Assembly: GCF_036321535.1 (NCBI RefSeq)
Contig: NC_087436.1
Span: forward strand, 32,428,001-32,492,000
DNA: 64,000 bases
Direction: 5' to 3'
DNA from: Camelus dromedarius
Lineage: Eukaryota
The notes under the pieces are model-generated. The model was not told the origin of the DNA, searched no databases, and saw nothing but the letters and a program-made list of their open reading frames with translations. Position numbers and translations under genes: made by a program. How positions within the stretch are numbered: the stretch's first letter is position 1; each line of letters starts with the position of its first letter. Below, in pieces: positions 22,750 to 36,601 of this stretch.

Positions 22750-25700
22750 TTTATTTGAATTTCATTGGAAAGTTTATAAAGTGTATGGGGGTATAAACAT
22801 TTTTCTGGATTGAGGATTCATTATCTTTCTTATTCTCACAAGTTGTTCAACCACTAGAAGATGCAGCACCAAATGCTGTAATCTAGACTAGGGATCTCAG
22901 TTCTTTTCTGATCCCAACATGCTAAGCTGTTTGACACATTTTCATCTGGAATAGCAATTCTCAAAAAGAGGTTAGGAGAAACTCTGGGGCAGGAAGCTCA
23001 TCTTTGCGTATTGAAAATTTCTAGTCTTTGGGTTCATTTATTCCTAGGTTTTCTCTTCCAATGGAAAACTGTTATTCTTTGACACCACTTGCATTATTAG
23101 CAAACTACTACTTTAGTTTTCAGAATCAATAGCATTTGAAGGTTTAAAGTTTGCCAGTTTTCTCTAAGTCCTCACATTGCCAAGCAAATTTATGTAAATA
23201 ACTTTAATGACCTGTCCACAAACCACTATCAAGTCAATGAAGTTCAATATGTGAAAATTAAGCCTCAGGTGTGCAAAACTCATGGTTCAAGTAGTAAATA
23301 CATATTTATTATAATTACATAACTTCTTGACAGTGTGCACTTGCTATCCAAAAGTGAAATGCATTTATCAGTTGCTAATTGTTAACTAGTATGAAGATGC
23401 CATTTTACATACATAGAAAACGTTTTATATACTTCGATTCTGCCATATGTAAACATTTTATGGATATGTTCATGAACCAGAACTGTAGATCCTAGAACAT
23501 TATCAGCTTAACATCACAACCCATTCTCACGTCTGCTCATTGAAACTAAGGGTCTGTTACATGCAAAATTCATTTAATTATTTTTATAGGCACATCAGGC
23601 TTACTACTTTCTGCATTGCACAGGTCACCCTTTGTGCTGAAAACAAACTAGGAAACTAAGAAATCAAATGTAGTAGTTTCCTTAAAACAGTTTAACTGGT
23701 AGGAATTAATTAAACTGGCAGAAAGTAATTTGCACTAAGACTGGAGTCGGAGTCACTGTATATAAATTATTTTAATGATTGGAGAAAAAAAATGACTTGG
23801 ATGTCGTATAAGTACTAAACAATTCGTAACTTCATTTTAAAAAACTGCTTCTATATACTGTGATATTAAACAGTGGCTTCATCCTACCAAATATAAAATT
23901 TTTTACTTTTAATGTGAGTCTCTTTCCAAGACACTAAGCCATAGAAATATTATTTCAGGGGATAAAAAACCTACAACACTTTAAAGCTTCCTTAACCTAG
24001 ATCTCAATTTCTAATTACATTTTTACATTTACATTCTGGGTGGGCCCATATGATTTCAAAAGCATTTAACTCAATGTCTGGAAGCAAGAAATTTAAGAAA
24101 TTCTAAAAAAAAAAAAAACCCCAACACACATGTAATAAGAAGGCAGCAAAAAACTGAAGGTGTCTAATCTTTAACACCTATTTTCAATTCTGACCCTTGC
24201 CACATTCATATTTGGATTAAAAATGAGGAACATGGTTACTGAGTACACAATATTAACAAAATTGACCTCTTTTGATCCAAAACTTATTCAAAGGCCAGGA
24301 TATGAAAAGTCTGTTAAGTCACTATTAAAGTTTAGACATATTACATATGGAAACTTATGACATGGCTTTTCGGGTATGAATTTAAGAGTCAAAAAATTCT
24401 TAACAGTAAGATTTGGTTTAAAGTAAAAAGAAGACGGGTAATAAAGCAGTGGAACTATTTTTTTTAAATCCGTGAAATAAAAGACCTAAAGAATAATCCA
24501 AATAAAAAAGCAAAATATGAGAAAAATATAATGATTATTTAAGAGTCTAGTAGTAAATAAGAAAAATGAAACAAGATAACAGGAAAGACTAAGACCATTT
24601 CCATTTATAGTTCATGTATTATAATGCAATTAAACTAAAACACGTTGAAGTTGACTAATCTCTTTACAGGATGGGTAATTTTTAGGTATCGATACATTTC
24701 CCTAATATTCATCCTGTGACTTAGGACATGACAGTAAATTAGAGATTCCAAAGCAAAGATCATACTATTAAATATTTCTTGTTATGGAGTTTCACCTGCT
24801 TGACAGACTGAATCATATTTTCATGATTCAATTATTAGTTTTGTTTCTTTGACTTGAAGGCTCCAAGTTATTTAATAATGTATTTTAACAGATACGCTTT
24901 TTAAAATAAACGATTACTCTAACAACATGCTAGAGGTACTCTCAGGGATCCAGAAGGTGAAAGAGCCATGACCACCGCCACAGACACGTAAGTTTTTTTC
25001 TTTTCTCCTAAGCAGTTTGTTAACAGTCTAAAGAGTCCAGATGCCAGGTTATTGTATGAAACAATTACCCTTGGATTTAGCAAGGAAAAAAAAAAACTTA
25101 AGAAAGATATCTGGCTATATTATAAACACAGAGCTGTTTGGTTAGGAAACATGAGTATATGGAAGGATATTATTTTTGATTCATTGAAAATTGAGATGTG
25201 AAAGTAAAATAACTAAAGTTTTCATTTTGTTTACTTGTTTTAGTTAAAGACTTGGTCTTGATCTGCATTCAATTTTAGTACTTTTTATCAAAAGAAAAAA
25301 ATAATGTGCTTCCTGGGAATTACTTTAAAATGATACTGTGGACTAAACTAAACCTTGACAAAAAGAAAGATAATTACTGATGGTTATAAAACACTGTGTA
25401 AGAGGATAATACAACATTAGTATCAGACATTATAAGCATCCCTACCCCTAGGTCATCTGAAAAGTCAACAGTGGCTAACTTTAGTCAATGCCATCAGATT
25501 TTAAATACTGATATATCAATGCAGTAAGATGTGTTTCTCATTAAGTTTTACGGAATTAAATATCACAGAACCAAATTCCACTTAAAACTCAAAGGTCCAA
25601 AGTCTAACCACAAAATAACATTTACTTTAGGATTGAAGGTGTTTTTTTTTTGTTGTTGATGTTTTTTTTTTTTTTTTTTTTTTTTTGCTTACCCAAACAA

Positions 25701-28700
25701 ATTGGGTAAGAATTGAAGTTTTTTGTTGTAAAATTCTAAAAGGTAAGAAAGATGAAGTTATACTTTTCTGTTTCTTCTAAACCCATGATATGCAGAATTA
25801 ATGCCAAGGCTTTAATTTTTGTGGACTACCAAATACCAGCTCTTAAGAACGAAACAAATTCCTAATGGGACTGTTTGTAGGCTTACTATTACAATTCAAA
25901 TTTATGAAAATGGAGGGATGGTTATATTTATTTTGGGTCAATTGAGCACTGTATTCAAATGGTTGCTGTCTGTCAATATGGATAATTTTTGCTAATTTGG
26001 ATAAAATGTTTTAAAATTATCATTTTATACTGATAATTAATCCCCCAGATTCACTTTAAACAGATTTCTAGCTAAGAAATATAATCATGGACATACTAAA
26101 AGTTGACTCCCAAAGAGTCTTGAGAAATCTATTTCTTCTTAATAAGTCTAATTTAATTACCTTTTTGAAATTGAGATGGTTATTCCAGTAGCCCAATTCT
26201 CTGGTGTACCTTTTCTAATTGTTTTAAAACTTAAGAATTCTGTACATTGCTAAGGAATTAAAACATCAAAAACTTTCTTTTGTTATATTATTTAGCAATC
26301 TTTGTTTTTAAAGTCACAGTATAATTGGCTATCAGGCATTGATTCCTGAAACCAAGTAATTTATACTTTTCCATAGAGTCGAAGTGTATTACTCTATATT
26401 TATTAATCATCCTAGGTATTGCCTAGTTCTTATTTGTTTACTACGGGAAAACATCCTGTTTTTCTGTGTATTTCTTAACTTCTAAAATTACAGCTTTTTA
26501 TTTTGAAAAAAAAACCTTTGATTTTTTTGTTTAGCACTGCGTATTTCATGCAGATTAAAAATAAGCTGAACCCTACCTTCTACCTAAGACTGTATTAAGG
26601 AGAACATTTTCTTTTTTATTAATATATTCAATAAGTATGTTAAGAGCTTTTGAAAATTTAAGTTAAATAAATGGGCAGGAAAAGTATACACATTATCTTT
26701 GGATGTATCTAACTAACTTATTAAATGAAGTGTTATATAACTGTAGGAACTGGAATGTTACATTTTTGACCAAAACACAGAACTGCATAAACTGGCTTAA
26801 GGAACTGAAAATGTCAGGATTTACTAGACAATTCAGATGCAAAAAGAGTTGTTGCCACGTTTATGCCCAATTAGTTTTGGAGGTATGGCTCCTAACAAAG
26901 TGGGTTGAGATTTTAACTCAAGAAAAGCTATAAACTCCTATGTGTACTGACTGTTATATACTCCCTTTCGTAACTTTGATGCTCTTACTGAAGTGAACCT
27001 ATATATTCAACATACAAATGAAACGTAACCAATACATGCTTTAAAAATGGATATAATTATTTCATTTTAAGAGTATTACAAAAGGATAGTTAAAGGCTGG
27101 AAGACATTAAAAATATATTGGGTCTATGTATTTTTTTAATGCAGAAAAGGGACATCTCTTCCCTCAAAAAGGATGGATAAAAATCCTGCAAAATGCACTG
27201 CTCCATACTTTCCTTTCAGTGCAGACTACATTGTAGAAACAAAATCTCTCTCACAGAACTAGTGAGAAATAAAGACTACCCCTAAAGATACTAAACTCTC
27301 AATTTTTACTACTTAAGAAAAGTCAGTATTAATATAATCGTCTAAATATAAAGATGTGGCTTTGGGAAAGAGGGAGCCTTTCAAAATTTTAACCTAGGTC
27401 AATCTGGTTGGTTGAGTGGCGTTTAAGAATGCAAGTGCCCATGCATTGTCTATGCTTCTTTTTCTTGTAGGTTGAAAAGTTATTTCTGCCTGCTCCCATA
27501 CTTTTAGTTTCAAGCTTCTGGATAGAACTGAACAATGTCAACAAATCTGGTGATGAAGCACAGATTAAGTCTTTAAAATATCTTAATTTTACAGTCCCTT
27601 GTCCCATATAATTTGTATATGAAGCACCAAAACTGGAGCCAAGGTCTGAACAAGTAATGTAACAGCAGGAACTACAATTTAATCATATCATATCAGACTA
27701 TGTAACATTCTATATTTTGTCTGTTGATATGTAACATAGTTAGGTTTATTACAAGCATTATTTCCTAAGACTTAACTGTATAAGAAGTGCCTCTTTTCAA
27801 GTATTATCACTTATTTAATAGTGTTTATATTCTGACATTAAGCAAATCAGTGATAAATGTATATAATGCAATACACATTGTGCCATTTCTCCCTACCCTG
27901 CGTTAACATATTAATGAAATCCGTTAAGAAAACCAAAAGAACTATTAAAACTGAAACAAGGCTATCAACATCACAGATGCATGTCTGAGTAGGTCAACAG
28001 CATCTCCCCCTTAAGGTAAAGTATTTTCATCAAAAATGGTTCATCATCTTTAGGCTAGCAATACTTTAGCAGCAGGTGGTCTTCAGGACAAGTAGATGAG
28101 AAGTTTCAAGTGCAAAAGACACCAGATTTCTTTGAGAAACATCAATCCACATGACTAGTAAAAAAAATAAAAGCAAACTGCTGGTGCCACTCTAACATAA
28201 AATAGTGTATTTTCCCTTTCAATGTGTGATGTAGTTTATATGACAAAGTTTTGGAGTTCTCATGGCACAACAATGAGATGGACTAATTTGTCAGGGAACC
28301 TCTTATTTTAATATTTAAATTATAACAGTACAGTAACTAGAAAAAGGTCAGTGCCTCAGTGGCTTTAAACCACATCAATTTCAATATTTGTTTTTCAAAA
28401 TAATGATGCAATTAAATCTATGCTTCTGCAACAACAGTGCAATACAATATCCTTTCCTGAATAAAGGAGCTGAGGTTTATCCAAGTAGAAGCTTTAAATA
28501 AGGTAGATTGTTGCCAACTACTTCTCAATCTTGCATGTTTGGTATAAAATACATTACGATAGCTTAAACTGACTTGTAAGTCTATATTCAGCTAAAGCTT
28601 CACATAAGCAGCAATGGAAATGAACAGAGGTGCACTCAATATAGAACACTTTTCAGAACTACTCCAAAAAACAAATGACAAAAAGTGGTTAAGAACAACT

Positions 28701-28789
28701 AAACATCTGTTGTGTGTACCAGATGTAAAAGAAGGATGGCCCCTGTGGTTACTTGCACTGTTTGAATTATGTGATGGTAAAATTAAGAC
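22750..28789 (-). other. HSPA4L: Putative long HSPA4L 3'UTR with several candidate poly(A) signals
   Basis: About 6 kb AT-rich and largely free of recognisable repeats after the stop; minus-strand AATAAA at 27750-27745, 23310-23305 and 22755-22750; true end not determinable from sequence. Confidence 0.55.
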
Positions 28790-28981
28790 TTAGTCTACTT
28801 CCATCTCTCCAGAAGATTTAGTATGCTGTGAGTTGTCTTTTGTTGTATCTGGTTTAGTTTCAGTCCCACTCTGTCCATCCATTGGTCCATTGTGTTCACT
28901 ATTAGCTTTTGCTTTGTCTTCAGCAACCTCTACTTTCGGTTTAGGCTTGTAAATGATTGGGTTACAGAAATTATCCAGTTC
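28790..28981 (-). CDS. HSPA4L: HSPA4L exon 19 (last coding; [16 protein letters not shown]...SSGEMEVD*)
   Basis: AG acceptor 28983-28982, TAA at 28792-28790, 192 nt. Confidence 0.96.
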   Translation of the reverse strand, partial: ELDNFCNPIIYKPKPKVEVAEDKAKANSEHNGPMDGQSGTETKPDTTKDNSQHTKSSGEMEVD

Positions 28982-29739
28982 CTAAAGACATGAAGAAAAT
29001 TGATTATATTAAAAATATTACATAACAAGTTCCCATTAATTTTCTAAAGTCCACATTAAACTTTTTAAATTTCCACATTAATTCCACATTCCTGAGTTCA
29101 TGTTAACTTAGCAAGATAAACTATTTCTTCAAAACCTTAATGAAGGATTTATCTTCTGGGCCAGCCCAATCTTTTAAGAATATGCTTTGTATCTACTGTT
29201 CCTAAGAATTTTGTCATAATTTAAATATTTATTTTGGCAGGAATAATTTTTAATTCATTCCTTTAAATTATGCCTAAATTATGTCTTTTATGACAATTAT
29301 GTCAAATAATACCTATTTCATAAATTGAAATTTCTCAACATAAACATGAAAATAACTTTTAATAAGTATATATAAATATACACATGAAGTTTATTTACTT
29401 TCTGAAAATAGCTGAGTAACCTTTTCTGTTGAAGGAAAAATAACTCATGAAAGTAAATGCAACATTTAATTTAGAAGAAATATATTTTCTATATCCTTTT
29501 TCAACACAGAAATAAAAGTCTGTTTCATAATGCTACTAAATTCTTTCAAGACCAGTGAGACAGAAACTGGGATAGATGGAAAAATAGGGAATAACATACT
29601 TGGGGAATGTTTTCACAGCAAACTGTTCTTACCACATGCTGTAGCTCATCTATTGAGAGTAAATTATTACAGCCTCTTTGCTAAACTCTCTCAAAAAGAA
29701 AATATCTTACTGTTTTCTTTGATTAAAAAAAGACCTGTT

Positions 29740-30545
29740 TTGATGCATGAAAAGATGCCCAACATCATTAATCATCAGAGAAATGCAAATCAAAATCACA
29801 GTGCAATACCATTTCACACCTGTCAGAATGGCTATCATCAAAAAGACTGCAAATAACAAGTATTAGCGAGTATATGGAGAAAAGGAAACCCTAGGTACAC
29901 TTTTGGTGGGAATGCACATTGATGCAGCCACTATGAAAAACAGGATGAAGGCTCCTCAAAAGCTAAAAACAGAACTACCATATGATCTACCAATTCCATC
30001 CCTGGGTAAATATCTGGAAAAAAATGAAAATACTAATTCGATAAGATACATGCACCCCAGTGTTCTCAGCAGCATTATTTACAATTGCCAAGATATGGAA
30101 GCAACACACACAATGGAATACTACTCAGCCATGAAAAGGGATGAAAATTTACCATTAGCAACAACATGGATGGACCTGGAAGTTACTATGCTTAAAGAGA
30201 AAGACGAAACTGTATATTATACTTGTATGTGGAATCTAAAAAATAAATGAGTGAATATAACAAAAAAGAAACAGACTCACAGATATAGAGAACAAACTAG
30301 TGGTTACCAGTGGGAAGATGGAAGGAAGGGAATAGCACGATAGGGGTAGAGGACTAAGAGGTACAAACTACTATGTATCAAATAAGTAAGCTGCAAGGAC
30401 ATATGGTACAGCACAGGGAACATAGCCAATATTTTATAATTACTTTAAATGGAGTATTAATATATAAAAAATATTGAATCATTCACTATATTGTACACCT
30501 GGAACTAATATAATCTTGTAAATCAACTACACTTCAACTTAAAAG
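29740..30545 (+). mobile_element. LINE-1 3' fragment
   Basis: ORF2 C-terminal peptide TMEYYSAMKRDENLPLATTWMDLE followed by 3'UTR and A-rich end. Confidence 0.9.
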
Positions 30546-30619
30546 AAGCCCAAAACTTGTTCTTGTTTTAAAAATAGACCAAATACCTACAAACATATTG
30601 AACTAGATTAAAAAAAAAA

Positions 30620-31300
30620 ATCACTTGAAATTCCATCTCCATAAATTAACACTATTAACATTTTGGTGAACATCCTTCTAGATTTATGTCCATGCATACA
30701 CATATATCCAAACATAAATGTATGAAACATGCTAATTTATATAGTGAGACAATTTTTTGATTCTGTAATCTTTCCTTGTTCACTCAGTATGTTGTATAAA
30801 TCCTTATATCTAAATAGATATATCTCTGTATCTTAAATACTATATTTAACTGTTGCAATGTGCTATATATGCATCAACTTATTTATCTGGTCTTTTACTG
30901 ATAGGTATTTAGGTTGTCAGGTTTTTGCTATCATAAACAAGGGTATTTATATACATATACTTGTGCAACAGTCAAATTAAGATGACTTCTCAGTATTGTG
31001 ATTTCTGTGTTAAAGGTTATATTCACTCTAAATTTCTATACATATTCCCAGGAGAATTGTAACAAATTTAACCAAGTTGCTTAGAGAGAGCAGCCATCTT
31101 CACACCCTTGGCAGTTAAGGCAAAGATTATAAATGTAAACAATCCAATCAGATGGGTGAAAAAAGAGATCTGCATTTCTTAGATTAGTGAGGTTGAATAC
31201 CTTTTAATGTATTTATTGGACATGTCAATTGTTTATCCAATGTCTTTACTCATTTTTCTACTTAGATACTGATCTTTATTATAAAGTTTGTGCTCATGTT
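30620..31300 (-). mobile_element. Old L1 (L1ME/MC-like) fragment
   Basis: ACTATTAACATTTTGGTG...TTTAGGTTG...TTTTTGCTATCATAAACAA...ATTAGTGAGGTTGAATAC. Confidence 0.6.
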
Positions 31301-31737
31301 TTTCATGGTATTTTATCTAACCTTTGACATTTTCAGTAATAACGTTTTGCAAACTGGAAAATTTATCTCAGAAGTAAGATTTTACCATGGAATTTTACAC
31401 ATTTCCAACTATGTCAAAGACAAACATACACTGCAGTTTTACAGTAGAGACTGAGAAGTCTTATCTAGTCTTGTTAAGTCAGACATTTGACAGAGTTTTG
31501 CATTGCTTTATTCATTCAGTATTACACTTAAAAATCTAAAAAAAGCCTTGTGTCTGAGACTAATAAAAATCAATGAACAAAGATGTTCCATCTAGAATCT
31601 TTTTTTTCCAAACTAAGACTAGCCTCAAATTCCTGTTTTTCTAAGTTCTTCTGCAAATTGATTATTTCTCAAAGTATGGCTCCCATTAAAAAATTTGTGA
31701 TTGAATCCACAAAAAAGAGAATTTTATAGTTTTTTAC

Positions 31738-31899
31738 CTTAGACTTTGCAACTATTTCTGAAACTTTCACCACAGGATCTTGAGTGAGACTTAGTTTGTT
31801 CTGTGCATTCATCTTACTATTCAGCCAACTCATGGCTTCACTGATATATTTTTCTACTTTTTCCATTTCACCAGGATCCAAATGATCGTATCTTTCATC
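31738..31899 (-). CDS. HSPA4L: HSPA4L exon 18 ([17 protein letters not shown]...EIVAKSK)
   Basis: AG/GT flanks, 162 nt, phase 0-0. Confidence 0.97.
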
Positions 31900-32419
31900 C
31901 TATTAGGAAGGAAAAAAAAAAAAAAAACCCATAACCGATTTTTCAGTAAGCACCAATTTATTGATAAGAATCTAAATCTTTTAAGTAGAAATTATTGAGT
32001 GTATACCTCAATACCCATGTGAAGAAGCCATTTACAAATTACACAGAACTAAAGAAACTGGGAAGAAAAAAGTCAGTGTGGGTTTTTATAAGGAAAGGCT
32101 TTCTGAAGAAGTCAGGTTTGGAAAACAATGACTGGTGGAAAATACTAAAGGGAAAAGTAGTACTTACACAAGAAGGCTGCTGCATGGAATTAAATTTATT
32201 AGGGAGTAGAGAGAAATAAAGTAAGCAGCCATGTAGCAAGCTAGACAGAAAATCTGACCATACAACAGATATGGTTAAGTTGATAAGGAGAATTACGTAA
32301 TAAAATTTGTCTGAAAAAGAGAACTGCAGCTGTCACATGTAGGAGACAATCTAAGAAGTCATGATTTAGACTGGTAGCCACAAACGCAGAAAGAAATGAC
32401 AATGCAACACAGAGAAAGA

Positions 32420-33350
32420 GGATCTCTTCCCCATTCATCCCTCTATCTACATGCTTTTAAATATTCTCCAGCCTGAACCTCTTATATGAATTCCCAACTC
32501 TATATCCAACATCCAACTTGAATTCCTATTTGTAAAATCTGAAATGACTACCTGTGTTTCAAACTCAACATTACTTCCCCACCTACTCTTCCATGTTTTC
32601 CCCATCGCTGTAAATGGCAACTTCATCCTTCCAGGCCAAGATTCTTGGAGTCATTTTGACTCCTCTTTTTGTTATATTTACATAAAATCTATCAGTGAAG
32701 CTTATTAGCTCTGCCTTCAAAATACATGCAGCAAAAATCCAATGACTTCTTCCTCCACTATCCAGGCTCAGGGCTCCATCATTTCTTGCTTGTATTATTC
32801 CAATATATTAACTAGTCTCTCTACTTCCATATCCTTTAAAGAATAAGTTAAATCACATAACTTCCATGCTCAAATGCATCCAATGGATTCTTATTTCAGT
32901 GTTATAGCCAAACTTTTATAATGGACCACTAGGCCCTTTATGATGTGGCAACTGATAACCCCACCCTCACTGTTTTAAGCCATGCTGGCTTCCTACTGTT
33001 ACTCCAACACATTCTCTTCTTCAGATTTTTGCAACTGCTATTCCCTTTTTCTCGAACATTCTTTTTAAAGTTATCATACACCTTGAGCCGTCACCTCTCC
33101 TTTAGTTCTCCCCTCACATGATGTCAAAGATGACATCTGCCCTTAGTCTGCTCTTCTGACAAATCTCCACCTCTGGCAGTTCCTTAACTTTTCCCACAGC
33201 TTTTTATCACCATCTGACTACTTTACAGTAGCTCATTTACTGTCTACCTTTCCGAACTGAAGCATACTGGACAAACAGATTCAAGGTTTTGTTTGATGCT
33301 GTAGTTTCAGTACCTTGAAGAGAGCCTGGAACAAAATAAAAACTCAAAAT
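32420..33350 (+). mobile_element. LINE-2 3' region
   Basis: CCAGCCTGAACCTC...GTAAATGGCAACTTCATCCTTCCAG...CTGCCTTCAAAATA...AGAGCCTGGAACA. Confidence 0.75.
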
Positions 33351-33699
33351 CCTCGTGCATAAGTGAAGTCTTGTCTTATTTTGAATAATATTTTAAACCT
33401 GCATCCTCAAGAAGACTGCTACAGCCTGGGATCACTGGGCCACAGTAGTTGTACCTAGATCCTCCAATACCAGATTTGAAATATTCTTGGTATTTTCATT
33501 CGTCTACTTGCTCCTTCTTACTTTTTTAGTATCCTTACATTCTATTTGTATTTATATGGACAATTTGGACACTGACATTGCCAGGCAAATTCATGGTTAG
33601 TACCTGGATTACTCTTTTAGGTTGGCTGGACTACAATCTTTATTTTACAAATTGTGCAAGTATTTCTAAAATATGTAACCACTTTTCACACTATGTAGT

Positions 33700-33890
33700 G
33701 AAAAGCAGTATAGTTAAGTTTGTATGTTGATTTCAAACTGCTTAGATTTTAACCCTGGCCATATCCTTTACTACCTGTGTAATCCTTGACAAGTTCCTTA
33801 TTTAAGCACTGCAGTTTTTTAAACAATATATCCTTGTGAGAATAAAGTGAGATAATCCATGCAAAATGCTTAAAATTTACTGCTTGACAA
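33700..33890 (+). mobile_element. MIR SINE
   Basis: TTACTACCTGTGTAATCCTTGACAAGTT...GTGAGAATAAAGTGAGATAATCCATG core. Confidence 0.65.
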
Positions 33891-34004
33891 AGCTATGATA
33901 ATATCCTACCTAAATCTTTGCAGTGCTGGCCTCTCCAGCCCACTGATGCAGTTTTAATATCAATGATAAAAAATGGAGGGATTATAGTGAATATTTACTT
34001 AGAA

Positions 34005-34214
34005 TAGAAGTCAGCAAAGTTGTCCTGCAGGCCAAATTCAATCCGCTGTCTGAGATTTTTAATAAAGTTATGTTGGAACACAGCCATGCCCATCATTTAC
34101 ACAGTGTATGGTTGCTTTTGTGTTATAGTGGCAGAGACAAATAGTTGTATAGAGATGGAAAAGCCTGCAGATTCTAAAATATTTGTTCATTTAAAGAAAG
34201 TCTGCTAACCTCTG
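34005..34214 (+). mobile_element. MER58A-like hAT-Charlie MITE
   Basis: GGCCAAATTC...AATAAAGTTATGTTGGAACACAGCCATGCCCAT...AAAATATTT...GCTAACCTCTG. Confidence 0.85.
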
Positions 34215-34798
34215 GTTTAAAGGAAAAAAAAGATCAGCTTAATTTTCTCAAATCTTACTGTTACATCCAAATGGAGATATCATTTATAGAACTAAATATG
34301 TCAGGCTTAAAAACAGTAGAAAGGTTAAGGGTACTAAAATAGACTTGAGCACATATATAAAAGAAAAAAGGGAATGGAGGTTACAGATGACTAGCAGATT
34401 GGAGTACAAAGAGGCCAAAGGGACAAAACAAAGGCTAGCAGAGTCCAGTTTCAACAAGGGCTGTAGATTAAAAGAGGTCCAGGAAACCTCTCACTGTATC
34501 AATAAAGAAACCCTAAGAAGAAAACAATGAATTTGGTCACTGGATTAGTTTATAATATGGTTTTATGGAATTTTAAAAGATTGAAACCACTTATTTGCAA
34601 TGTATTTTAAGTTAACAGTATCCTTTCCTGATAGCTTTCCAATAAAGAAAAAAAGTTTTAAGTTTGGTGCCCAATGTCTCTAGAATTTGATAGCAACAAC
34701 TGCTATGGCTTTGCAGTTGAGAACTTTTAGACTTACCCTACCCTCTCTGTGTACTACATACATACTACCATCACCAGCTGACTTTATAAATTCAATAC

Positions 34799-34918
34799 CT
34801 TGTTTCTGTAAGCTTCTATCACTTTCATGACAAGTTGGATTTTTTTTCCCAAGTCGTTTAAAGCTTTTGGTCTCTCTTCATGTTCCATGTACCTCATTTG
34901 AATAGGCTGCCCATATTT
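34799..34918 (-). CDS. HSPA4L: HSPA4L exon 17 ([18 protein letters not shown]...EAYRNK)
   Basis: AG/GT flanks, 120 nt. Confidence 0.97.
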
Positions 34919-36157
34919 CTGTTAACATAAGAAATTTTTTAAAATAAAAAGTTATTAACAGAAAACAACTTCTAATGGACCCTTACAGGATGACGAATAG
35001 CAAAGAAAGCTGCCCAGATTAAAATGTCCCCTCTTATTTTCCTTCATGAAGATGAGTTCCAGTGGTTATTTGCTTACTCAGTCCTACATAGAGATGCCTA
35101 ACCCCATGACTTACATCCTTCTCTCATTCATTAGGGTTACCTCTTGATTTCTCTCAAGTCCAAAGTAAAAACTTTAATTCCTTCAAAGCTGGGTGTTAAA
35201 AGTTTATAAAACTATTAAAATGAGAAAACCATAAGAACTATATTGCATGCAGAATTCATGTATTTGAAACTTGGTTTCAAATGCTTGAAATGCATGTAAC
35301 TCTCTACAAGCAACATGATTACTGGGATTTCCTGATCTTTATATCTACTGAATATTATTTGTTATATTTGTTCACTAGATTAGAAACTGTATTGTAAGTA
35401 TAGTGTCTAAAAAACAAAAACGAAAGCGCTTTGACCCCTTGCCCCAGGTGCCTGGAACAGGGAATTTCTAAATTTAAAAACAGCCTCTATAACTTTGAGG
35501 AGGGAGATACTTTAGAAAAATACATATTTTCTGTCAAATTCTTTACAGATTTAAAATCAGCTTGATTTAGAATAATATTTGATTTTCAGAAAAGTTACAA
35601 AGGAAACAACAGAGAGCCAGGCACCTTTTATCACTTTTCTCTAATGCTAACATACCATCATAGAATATTTGTCACAACCCCAAATCAACAGTAGTACATT
35701 ACTATTAACTGAACTCCAGACTTTATTCAGATTTCGTCTCTTTCTGTTCCAGGATAGCATATTGCATTTAGTCTATTTAAATCAGTGAAGGGGGAGAGAA
35801 GCAGAGGAAGGGTGACTCTTCTACTGGGTAAGGGGTCAGACTGACAAATCACTTCTTAATGACATCTAAGAAATACATGGTTTGTATAAAAGTAATATTA
35901 ACATTCCAGTCATCTACTAAATATCTTATATCTGAGTATCAAGACAAATATGATTATACATTGTTTAATTTCATTTTATCATGTAGCATTACTCACCTTC
36001 CAAAATGCAGAGAGAACATTTCTTCTTACACATATTTGCCTTGGTCATTTCTTATATGTTTGTCAAAAACATTCACTGTGCTCTTACACCATAATTTTTA
36101 GGACACCTTAATGTTGTATTCAATTTTTTGTCCAAATATGGACTTTAGGAAATTTAC

Positions 36158-36265
36158 CTTTAGTTCTTGAAGCTTATCCACATAAATTTGTTTAGGTTGG
36201 TCCTCTCCTTCTTCATAAAGCCAATTTTCTGTGTCTTCCAATATTGCAGACAGTTTATTCAAGTC
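36158..36265 (-). CDS. HSPA4L: HSPA4L exon 16 ([25 protein letters not shown]...LQELK)
   Basis: AG/GT flanks, 108 nt, HSP110 [11 protein letters not shown] motif. Confidence 0.97.
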
Positions 36266-36601
36266 CTAGTAAAAGATTTAAGAGACAGTCATTGAAAATG
36301 CTCAGGCCTTAGAAATAAAAGTCATCACAGAAGGACAGAATGTTTTTCAAGTATAAAAAAATTAAATTTTAAGGTTTTCTGACTTTATTAACATGTTTTC
36401 CCAGACTTCTGTAATTTGGAGAAATAACTGATAACCATTCCTGAATGTGCTCAAAAGATTAACAGTAGCACATCTGGTACATTTATTTACATATTTGTAT
36501 TAGCATTCTCAAGCAAACATTTAAATAGTTCTAAAAACTATGAAATTTAGACTTACTTCTTTTTATTAATGAGTTATAGTCAGTTTGCAATGTAGACTTA
36601 C

